Shown in pieces: positions 53,618 to 64,000 of a stretch of DNA of 64,000 bases (positions within the stretch are counted from its first letter, which is position 1; every line of letters begins with the position of its first letter). The position numbers and the translations under genes were made by a program. Under the pieces are notes generated by a model. It did not search any database, was not told the DNA's origin, and worked only from the letters and a program-made list of their open reading frames with translations. The DNA comes from Octopus sinensis. Its lineage: Eukaryota. Where the stretch lies: assembly GCF_006345805.1 (NCBI RefSeq), contig NC_043008.1, positions 22,320,001 to 22,384,000 on the forward strand, given 5' to 3'.

Positions 53618-54411
53618 GGAGGCGCAATGGCCCAGTGGTTAGGGCAGCGCACTCGCGGTTGTAGGATCGCGGTTTCAATTCCCAGACCGGGCGTTGTGAG
53701 TGTTTATTGAGCGAAAACACCTAAAGCTCCACAAGGCTCCGGCAGGGAAGGTGGTGATCCCTGCTGTACTCTTTCACCACAACTTTCTCTCACTCTTACT
53801 TCCTGTTTCTGTTGTACCTGTATTTCAAAGGGCCGGCCTTGTCACTCTCTGTGTCACGCTGAATATCCCCGAGAACTACGTTAAGGGTGCACGTGTCTGT
53901 GGAGTGCTCAGCCACTTACACGTTAATTTCATGAGCAGGCTGTTCCATTGATTGGATCAACCAGAACCCTCATCGTCGGAACCGACGGAGTGCTTCCATT
54001 CCATATATATAATATATATATATGTGGAGGCGCAATGGCCCAGTGGTTAGGGCAGCGCACTCGCGGTTGTAGGATCGCGGTTTCAATTCCCAGACCGGGC
54101 GTTGTGAGTGTTTATTGAGCGAAAACACCTAAAGCTCCACAAGGCTCCGGCAGGGAAGGTGGTGATCCCTGCTGTACTCTTTCACCACAACTTTCTCTCA
54201 CTCTTACTTCCTGTTTCTGTTGTACCTGTATTTCAAAGGGCCGGCCTTGTCACTCTCTGTGTCACGCTGAATATCCCCGAGAACTACGTTAAGGGTGCAC
54301 GTGTCTGTGGAGTGCTCAGCCACTTACACGTTAATTTCATGAGCAGGCTGTTCCATTGATTGGATCAACCAGAACCCTCATCGTCGGAACCGACGGAGTG
54401 CTTCCATTCCA
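53618..54411 (+). mobile_element. SINE family C, two apparently identical tandem copies (408-bp period); relatives at 43004-43310(+), 52043-52325(+), 52430-52735(-)
   Basis: tRNA-like head ggaggcgcaatggcccagtggttagggcagcg...ggtttcaattccc; identical ORF artefacts at 53700 and 54108. Confidence 0.85.
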
Positions 54412-54439
54412 TATATATATATATATATATATAAGCATT

Positions 54440-55830
54440 CAGTAGTCCCCGCTATCACAAGAGTAAGAAGTCTTTGACAAATTTGTTGTAACACAAAATC
54501 TTGTAATGCAAAGTTAATTTTCTTATTGATTTTCATGTAACAAAATGATAATACATTCCTGTTGATATTTTCAAAAAGTACAGCCAAAACAAAAAAATAT
54601 GATCAACAGAACCACTTTTATGCATATGTATACATGAAAACATTTGAAGTGAAATGTGTAAAGGAATAAATATGAATCATGTAATTCGCAGTCAGGTACG
54701 TTCTTACCACAGAAGATGTTTATCACTTTCTGGTGGGGTGTGATGATGGGATAAGAATTACTGGGAAGATAAGAAATACTGTCTTCTATTTTATAGCTCA
54801 TAATTGTCAACATTTACTTGAGAGCCGAAGAACTTAATCTAAAATTGTTTGATGTTTATGGCACATCATTTCTTTGTACAGTTTATTGTAAGAACGGAAC
54901 CCATTGTAAACTCTTGTAATTTTGGTTACATTCATGAATATGATTGTTATCATTAAAAACTTGTAGACCTCTTGTAAGAAAGAATTCTTTAGTAATATTC
55001 TTTGCACTTACGGTGGCAAGCTGGCAGAATTGTTAGCATGCCAGGCAAAATGCCTAGTAGTATTTTGTCCATCTTTACATTCTGAGTTCAAATTCCACCA
55101 AGGTCACCTCTGCTTTTTATCTTTTGGAGTTGATAAAATAAGTACCAGTTGAGCACTGGGGTTGATGTAATCGACTTATCTCATCTCCTGAACTTGCTGG
55201 CATTGGGTCAAAATTTGAAATTAATATTCTTTGCAGTTATTCTCAGCTTACTTTTGTTCAAATAACATCAGCTCCTCATTAGATAAACTTTGTCTGTGGA
55301 TCACTAACAACTCAAACACATCTTCCTCTATGACTTCTTCAAATCTTACATCAATTGTAAATATCAAAATATCTTTCCAAATTTGCTTATAGAAAACTTG
55401 CAGTCACTGTTACCATCTGGCCATATTTCTTTTGTCGATCCATACACCCAAAAGCTGTCCCATTTTAAACTTCACTTTAGATCAATGAAAAAATAAGATC
55501 CAAGCAATTGACAGAGTAACTTCTTGAGCACTTTACTTCATTTTCTGTCTGTTGTCATGTACTGTACTCACTGTGGACAGCAAGATTTAGTAGTTCTGGT
55601 AAGGGAGCTAATTTTTTCTCCCCCATCAAGCTTTCTTAAACATTAAGCCTAATATTAATGAAATCCATTTATGGTTCCTTTTTGTATTACAACTTTTAGT
55701 TCCATTTGATGGCTTCTTTCCTGACATCTTGAATTGTAAGTAAATCCAGTAGTGGATGCATTCAACAATTATCCACAACAAATATGCAGAAAAGAACTGT
55801 TGTGTGAGTGCAAACAATTATCTTAATTCC
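54440..55830 (-). mobile_element. Internally deleted Tigger/pogo element with a SINE inserted at ~55013-55220
   Basis: Terminal cagtagtccccgcta; the minus strand gives MSGKKPS..KRNHKWISL..GEK (psq-HTH-like) and EEVIEEDVFELLVIHRQSLSNEEL (Tigger C-terminal-like); right boundary uncertain. Confidence 0.55.
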
Positions 55831-56463
55831 TAAAGATCTAAGAATGGAAATGAGATGAACAGGTGAAAGAGTGAGGTGGGAGGAAGTACTGTATGATTAC
55901 AGATAGTTGAAGGGATACCAAGTTCACAACCAGTTCTCTCCTTGCATCTTTGATTTGAGCCATAAAGACTCCACATTCTACCCACCACTTCTACTGTTAT
56001 GTTGACATACAGCACATGTTGCTACAGACATTTATGTCATACTGATACTATTATTGTTGTTGCCAGCTGGATATTCAAATGTTGATGGGTTGGTAATGGT
56101 GGAGCTGTTGATTGTATTGGTTTTTGCGTTGGTGATAATGGTGATGGGGATGATGGAGTTGGTGATGGTGGTAGTAGTAACAGTGGTCATATTTTTATTA
56201 CTTATATTGTTGCTATTTAGTTTCAAGTCGATTCTCGTTGACCTATGATTAAAGACATTTCATTTCATATTTAAGATACACTAAACACCACATTATTACA
56301 TGTAATTGTTTGTTTTTTTATTACAGATGGAGTTGCATATCTTATTCTTGCTTATTATTGTTGTTGTTGTTGGTCATTAAAAAATTGCTGGGCTGGTAAT
56401 GGTGGAGGTTGTATTAGTTCAGGTGGTGTTGATGCTGGTGATAGATGGTACTGGTGGTGAAGG

Positions 56464-56501
<38 letters not shown>

Positions 56502-56510
<9 letters not shown>

Positions 56511-56755
56511 TTAGAGATAAAACCACTATTAGGCAAATCCTACAATGAAAAACTTAAGCCAATACATAAGATTATTTAATTTATATTATTTAAATATATA
56601 ACAAAATTATTAAAAAAATATAATTAATATTAATTATATTTTTTTAATAATTTTGTTATATATTTAAATAATATAAATTAAATAATTTTATGTATTGGCT
56701 TAAGTTTTTCATTGTATGATTTGCCTAATAGTGGTTTTATCTCTAATTTAATATA
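56502..56755. repeat. ~254-bp near-perfect AT-rich palindrome between (TA)n tracts, followed by a PLE-type tail
   Basis: Arms differ at about 2 positions plus small indels near the centre; essentially no spacer; the downstream ttttccctgtaagtttgga..attccc also occurs at ~28525 and, inverted, at ~17745. Confidence 0.85.
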
Positions 56756-56840
56756 ATATAATATTTTACAATAAAATTGGATTCAATCCTAAATCTGATT
56801 TTTCCCTGTAAGTTTGGATTTATTCCCTAATATTTATTAT

Positions 56841-56886
<46 letters not shown>

Positions 56887-57549
56887 ATAAAAATGCAAGC
56901 TGTACACTACGTGACTTCTGAGTGTTAAACTGGTTATACAAATACAGCTCTCTTTGCATTCATGAGTCATGTGTTTGAACCAGTAAATCAACGACTACTG
57001 CGTATCACAGAGATTTCTTGATGCCTGTCAGACGAAAAGTAAAGCTGACGAACTAGACAGAAGTGATCTCCTTGAATTCGTTAAAAATTCCAGTGAAAGG
57101 AATTTTAAAAGTTTAATTTGACTGGTACTTTATTTTGAATATATTTTACTTGATTTCTACTTTATTTTATTGATCTTGGACGAATGGAAAGCAAAATTAA
57201 CTTCGGTGAGATTTGAAGAGCCAAGAGAAATGCCACAGGTCGTTCTTTCCAACGATGTAACGATCCTGTAAGCTCACCACCTTTAACTTGGAATAATATT
57301 CTAAGGATTATAATCATGATAGAAGAGCTATTGTTCATAAAATGAATTTCGAAGTTTCAATATAATTTATTGAATAGCATTAAGAGCTAATGACTTAAAA
57401 TTATCCAATAGAGAATCTTCGTTGTTATTAACAGTATAAATGTACAGAGTTTTGTTGTTGTTGTTGTTTTACTCTATACACCAATGTGTATAGATTTTCA
57501 CAAAGACATGGCCACGCACAAACTTCAGACATTTCTAAGATCTCATGAT

Positions 57550-57978
57550 AAGCGAGTATTATACCTATAAAAAGCTGAACAATGAGATTGTGTATATTCA
57601 TACGAATTCTGGTTACTCCCAGCTTTAATTACAGACGTAGAATCCGGCTGCAGTAAAAGAATCTACAGTTTATTCTCAGATAAGAATATCTTTGACAGAG
57701 CTGCAAGCATTGAAATGAAGAGCTACCGATCGGTGATTTCAGTGAAAAGTTCATGTATATTGTATATGGTGGCTCCCTTCTTCCTGGAGTGTTAGGAAAA
57801 GGAAAAGAACTTAGAGAAAAATCAGTCCTCAGAGAAAAATTGCTGTCTCTACTAACATAGTCTTAAGCAGTTTCTTCCTAATTAGGTAACACTTCCCAAA
57901 TACATAAATCCCACAAGCTTTTTAATGTGTATACTGTTGAAGTTAGTTACGCTTGTCTAGACAATATTATGCGATATA
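57550..57978 (+). mobile_element. Penelope-like element RT thumb/linker remnant, degenerate
   Basis: Piecewise translation gives YKKLNNEIVYIHTNSGYS..SKRIYSLFSDKNIFDRAA and, across frameshifts, HFP..HK.HKLFNVYTVEVSYACLDNI, resembling the PLE YI..SNHP...HKIFN.NTVKVSYSC motifs. Confidence 0.65.
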
Positions 57979-59634
57979 TATGTGTGTGTATGTGTGTATG
58001 TATGTATGTATGTATGTATGTATGTATGTATGTTTGTATGTATGCATGTATGTATGCATTATGTATGTATGTATGTATACGCGTACGCATTTCAGTTTCA
58101 TTCATGTTGAGGCCCTTTTTCACATACTCCTCGGACCTGTATGTTTTCATTTTCACTTCAGTTTTCAAATCATGAAAATCCTTAAGAGTACATAGTTATA
58201 GTCTTTACATAACTACATAGTCATTGTAGAAAGGGGTGCAGGATCATAACTCCTAGGGTCGAAAAGCATCCACATGTAACGTATTGCATTCTTGGACAAA
58301 ATATGCTATTAGCATATGACAATGTTCTTTTCCTTAACGAGCTACAAAGCCATTGACTCGGTAGCTTTGTAACAGACAATAAATTGATACTACTTTCACG
58401 AGTATCATTCCTAGAATATTATTTCTAGTAAAAAATCAACGGGCTAACAGGATCGTTAGGACATCAGAATTAATGCCCTGCAGTATTTCTTTTGCTTCTT
58501 TACAATCTGAGTTCAAATCCCAACAAGGTCCACTTTGCCTTTCATTCCTCTATGGCTGATAAAATCAAATACCAGTCAAATAATGGTATCAGCAACCTCA
58601 CTAGTGCTAGTGGTATGAAAAAGGGACCCAGTACACACTGTAAAGTGGTTGGCATTAAGAAGGGCATCCAGCCATAGAAACCGTGCCAAAGCTGACATTG
58701 GAACTCTCAACGTAGTCCTGCGCATTGTTGGATCCTGTCAAACTGTCCAAGCTCTGCAGGCGTGGAAAACAAATGTTAAATGATGATGATAATGATTATG
58801 ATAACGATAATTATGATGATTTCACTCATACAAAATTTCAGGCCTTTTGCCTCAGAAACAATTATTTTCTGAAAATACGGCACGTATTCCCAAGAGCTTG
58901 ATGAACCAAGTCATAAATAGAATTACGTGCCTAGAAACAGAATGGAATGTTTTTAACACATATAGTTGTCACATATGAATGGATACTATAATTCTTTATT
59001 CGTTTGGTTAACAGAAAACAAACTGTGTGAGTGGTTGGTATTGGGAAGTGAAAACCCCAGTTATATAACATCTGCTCTCTAGCAATTTGTAAAACTGTTT
59101 CAATATTTCAAAGAATGATCCAGTTCGCTACGATAATTTTATTTGAATAATTCTAGCTCAAAATTTAATTATGTGTTTAATTTATGGATTGCAAAATATT
59201 TTTTAACCTGTTTATTTTTAAATGTCTCAGTAAATTGAAATAATTCTATTTCTCTACAATTCTGTAATTTGAAAAATAAAATGTGGCATTCGATTAACCA
59301 ACAATTATTTGTCGTGCACTACCCATTCTATATTTAATATCACTGCTACAAAGCTAGCTAGGACAGCATAACCTACCCGATGAAGAAGAACAAGTGCACA
59401 TACGTGCAAGGATAGCTATGTGGTTAACAAACTTACTTTAGAACCATGTGGCTTTATGTTCGATACTACTGGGTGGAAGCTTGTGTGTGTGCATGTAAGT
59501 GTATGACTCTGTATGTGTGTGTGTGTAGAGGAAATCGAAAATAAAAATAAACACAAAACACGAAAATTTAAAAGGGCGTGCACAGTGAATGTTGTAGGTC
59601 CACGCTCAGTTTAAGATGGAAAAAAGATGGTGTG

Positions 59635-59667
59635 TTTGACGTTTCGAGCTTGGCTCTTCGTCAGAAA
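59635..59667 (-). ncRNA. Minimal hammerhead ribozyme motif (PLE type)
   Basis: Minus strand: ttt-CTGACGA-a-gagc-caa-gctc-GAA-ACGT-C-aaa; canonical core with one extra nt, 4-bp stem II, palindromic ACGT stem III, GUC triplet. Confidence 0.7.
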
Positions 59668-62600
59668 GTGGAAAAGGTCTGGAGAGAAGGAACAAAATAG
59701 TCCAAGAAAAGCGCGTGTCGTTGCATGGGGTGGGGTGTTTGTATATAGTGCATATATATATACATATATACATATGTATACTCATACACACGCACATAAT
59801 TATATTCATCATGAAGCTATAGGAAAATTCATGTTTGCTTTGAAAATTAAAAAAATCTGGACGTAAAGAAAAGTAAATGTTTATAATGGAAATGAAATAT
59901 ACTTCACAGCAATTAATGTAACTACAGAAATATAATCGTGTCTAGTAAATTCATTCTTGTGTGTAAAAGGATATTGTTTAAGTGTTGCCTTATGCCGTTT
60001 CATATGTGCTATCAAACAGCATCTGAATCTGTTGTTTTTGCACTGTTTGGATTATTACAGGTCAAATAGGAGAGGAGATTGACCAGGGAACAAAGATGAG
60101 TCGAGGCAAAAGAGGTAAGAGAAATAAAAAAAAGGTCAAAGTTTAGGGGTTTAGCACACATAGAATATTAAAAGTGGGGCTGTGTGGTAAAAAGTTTGCT
60201 CCCCAACCACAAGGTTCCGGGTTCAGTCCCACCGTGTGGCTTCTCGGGCAAGTACCTTCTACTATAGCCTCGGGCCGACTAAAGTCTTGCGGTGGATTTA
60301 GTAGACCGGAAACAGGAAAATGACCGTCATACACACACACATACACACATATTTATATATATTTATATATATATATGCATCAATATATGTGTATTTTTGT
60401 GCCCTTGTTTGTCCCACCACCACTGCTTGACAACCGGTGTTGGTTTGATTACGTCCCATAACATAGCAGATTGGGGAAAAAGACCGATAGAATAAGTATC
60501 AGGCTTTAAAAGAGTACTGGGTCTGATTCAATTGCCTAAAAATTGTTCAAGGTGGTACCCGTAGTCTTATGACTGAAACAAGTAAAAGAAAAATGGCTAC
60601 GAAGATCAGATAGTTTGGGGTAGCCCTACTCGTCCACGCATAGCTATCAAGATACATTCAATTGTAATTTCATATTTAGTACCCCCCAGATTGATTGCTG
60701 TAAATATATTTTCACATACCTCTGACAGTCCTGTCTTGCATATGTTTTACATGCAATCTTTTTATCTGAAATTGTTAAAAATAAATCTTCATTGCATAAA
60801 TCTCACCAGTCATGAAGGGCCTGTAAATACTATGGATGTTAACCATTTTTCCAGACATTCCCAACTAATTACTAATTAACTGGCACTCCATCGGTTATGA
60901 TAATGAGGGTTCTAGTTGATCCAATCAATGGAACAGTCTGCTCATGAAATTAATATGCAAGTGGCTGAGTACTCCACAGACACGCATACCCTTAACGAAG
61001 TTCTCAGTGAGATTCAGCATGACAGAGAATGCAACAAGACTAACCCTTTGAAATTCAGGTACTACGTATTTTTGCCAGTTTCAACATAAAATAAAGTGCC
61101 TTGCTCATAGACACAATGCACCCCTTACCACTAAGCCACACTCATTCATTTCCAGACATTCTAATAATAAAAATCAATCAAAATTTGCACACTTTAAAGT
61201 ATTCCATTTTGCTCGTCTCTGATGCTATCTTTAGCAAATCTGTCAGTCATACATTAAAACAGGTTGGACAAAAGCCTGTATGTATATGTTAAGCTCTGAC
61301 TGCATCCACACAAAACCAAAGGGCACATTACAGAATGTTTGTGTAAAATACACCTGTGCCAGTCCCCATAGAAAGCACCTGTGCTGGTCTGCATACAAAG
61401 CCCTCAGCACACTCTGTAAAGTGGTTGGCATTTAGGACGTCATTCAGGCATAGAAACCATGCCAACCCAGACTGGAAGCTGGTGCAGCTCTCTAACTTGC
61501 CAGCTCTGATCAAACCATCCAACCCATGCCAGCATGGAAAATGGATGTTAAATGACGATGATGATGATGATGATGATGATGACGATGACGATGACGATGA
61601 TGATGATGTTTGAGACACATATCAGGAGAGAATGTATCATATGTGTTGCATATTGGAAGACCCTGCTAGAGCTGACTAGAGTCAGTTGGAAGGGCCACTT
61701 AACCCCAACACTGGAAACATTGCTGGCTAACACTTGTGCTCACCTGTTTTAGTGACACATTGTTATCATTGCTGTTGTTGTGTAACCTCTGATTACAGAT
61801 GATCAAATAGACCTATGATCAAAGGTGTTCCATCCATGACATGCAAGAAAGACTACACTATCCAGTATACCCTTTTTAATGTTGGTTCTGGTTTAGTCAC
61901 TAAGGACAGCAATTTTAAAAAGACGGGTTAGTTTGCTAAATAGACCCCAACTGATACTTGACCAGGTCTTTATTTTATCATCCTTATAGGGATAAAAAAT
62001 GAAAGTGGGATTTGAACTCAAGACATAAAGAGCTGAAACCAATTACCACATCACATTTTCCCAACTCTCTAACGATTCTGCCAGCTCACCAATTTTCCAT
62101 CCATTTTAATATGGTAGAATGTAGTGTGATAAAGATTTGACTGCTACTTTTAGCAGGTCAAATGATCACATACAGTCTCGAAACACCCACTCATTAGTGA
62201 CATATTGTGTCCAGCAGTGATTATAGTTACTATTGATTACTTTATTACTGATTAATTAATTATTATTTATTGGGTACCTTATCTATTCTAGATATGATCG
62301 ATGTCTGATCAAAGCACTGGACTTTAGTGGACTGCTGTCTTTTCCCCATATGTGTGTGTGTGACTATTGACCAAGACCTTTGGTAATATGACATGCTTGA
62401 GAAGACCCATCAAGCCAAGTAAAATTGTTCTTATGACCGATACTTGTGTCATGTAATTGGCAATTGTGCCAGTGGCACATAAAAAGCACCTGCTGAGTGC
62501 TGGGCCTTGCGGAGGCAGTGACAAGTGACCAAGACTTTTGGCAATATGTCACACTTCAGAAGATCCATGAAGCCAAATGAAATCATAGTCATGGCAGATA

Positions 62601-64000
62601 CTGGTGTCACACAACTGGCATCCATGCTGGTGGCACATAAGCGCACCCAATACACTCTCAGAGTGGTTGGCATTAGGAAGGGCATCCAGCTATAGAAACC
62701 ATGCCAAATCAGACTGGAGTCTGGTTGCAGCCCTTCAGTTTACTAGCCCTGGTCAAACCGTCCAACCCATGCCAGCATGGACAACAGACATTAAATGATG
62801 ATGTGTGTTTTTAGTATTAGTATTATTGTTGTTTACATCATCGTTATTTTCGTTGTCTAGCCCTAGATAAAACCTATTAGAACAGATTTATATGCAAAAC
62901 CATTCTGGTCCAGGACCAGGACCATCCCCTCATATTCTTTTTTTAATATTCAATACTAGAGTAGCTAAGGTGGTGAGCTGGCAGAAACGTTAGCATGCCA
63001 GGCAAAATTAGGTTTTGAGTTCAAATTCCGCTGAGGTCGACTTTGCCTTTCATCCTTTCGGGGTTGATAAATTAAGTACCAGTTACGCACTGGGGTCGAT
63101 GTAATCGACTTAATCCCTTTGTCTGTCCTTGTTTATCCCCTCTGTTTGTAGCCCCTTGTGGACAGTAAAGAAATAAGAATCATTAGCACACTGGGTGAAA
63201 TGCTTAGTGGTATTTCGTCTGCCGCTACGTTCTGAGTTCAAATTCTGCCATGGTCGACTTTGCCTTTCATCCTTTTGGGGTCGATAAATTAAGTACCAGT
63301 TACCTGATGGGGATCGATCTAATCGACTGGCCATCTCCCCAAAAATTTCAGGTCTTGTGCCTAGATTAGAAAAGAATAATAGAATAGCTAGGACCTCATT
63401 ATCTAATATGGCTTGGCTGTGTTTAAGGATGAATTGATGTGATGTATATTTCACTCATTAAGCTCACACAAAATTGACCCCTTTTAACCAGGGACGTTAA
63501 CAGCTCAAAATAAGTTTTAGTTATGTACTTTGGCTAAATATTTTTTTAACATTATGGTGATGGTGTTGGTGTTGGTGTTCTTGTTGATGGTGGTGGTGGT
63601 GGTGGTGATGGCATTTACAATGGCATTTGTGGTATCGGAGATATCTATGATGGTGATGGTGTTTATGGTGATGGTGATGGTGAGGTATTTTTAGTGGTGA
63701 TTGTGACGAGGTGGTGTTGATGGTGGTGTTCATAACGGTATTTGTGGTGGCGATATTGGTGGTGATATTCATGGTTGTGTTGGCGTTGTTTTGGGGATGA
63801 AAGTAGAGCAGAGAGGTTGGGTTTTTATTTGTGGTGGTGGTGGTGGTGGAGGTGTTTTTTCGTGGTTATTGTGAAGATGGTGATGGTAGTGTTTCTGAGG
63901 GTTGTTGCAGCGAGAAACTTGCTAATACAGACTGTCGTTAATTAAAACGATAAAGACGACGATGACAACAATGATGATGATAATGAAGATGATGATGATG

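Noticed and set aside
53618-53692. Possible tRNA genes at SINE heads (also ~43006)
   Set aside because: A and B boxes are present but there is no closed acceptor stem, and the sequence continues into a SINE body.
57020-57105. ctgacga...gtgaaa as a hammerhead
   Set aside because: No consistent stem I or III and no valid NUH site.

Overview
Eukaryotic, AT-rich, microsatellite-saturated genomic DNA. The repeat content (tRNA-derived SINEs, RTE LINE fragments, huge (TA)n/(CA)n/(CAT)n/(AAT)n tracts) is typical of a coleoid cephalopod, most likely Octopus (inference from repeat style, not a database hit). Almost all listed ORFs are microsatellite or SINE artefacts. I can support only one host coding exon: 24901-25461 (+), with clean AG/GT ends, a signal-peptide-like start and a possibly cystatin-like segment, so the window is probably mostly intronic or intergenic. 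Mobile DNA includes at least three SINE families (some in tandem arrays), RTE and R4/Dong-like LINE fragments, Penelope-like element (PLE) remnants (GIY-YIG and RT-thumb), a decayed hATm-like transposon with long TIRs, mariner/maT/Tigger relics and several MITEs. The most notable signal is a set of type I hammerhead ribozyme motifs at seven loci (intact or decayed), all with a palindromic stem III. Several sit in or beside long inverted-repeat or palindrome cassettes bounded by microsatellites, which points to a diverse family of mostly non-coding, ribozyme-carrying PLE derivatives. Family assignments come from remembered motifs and need HMM/Dfam confirmation; many repeat boundaries are approximate.
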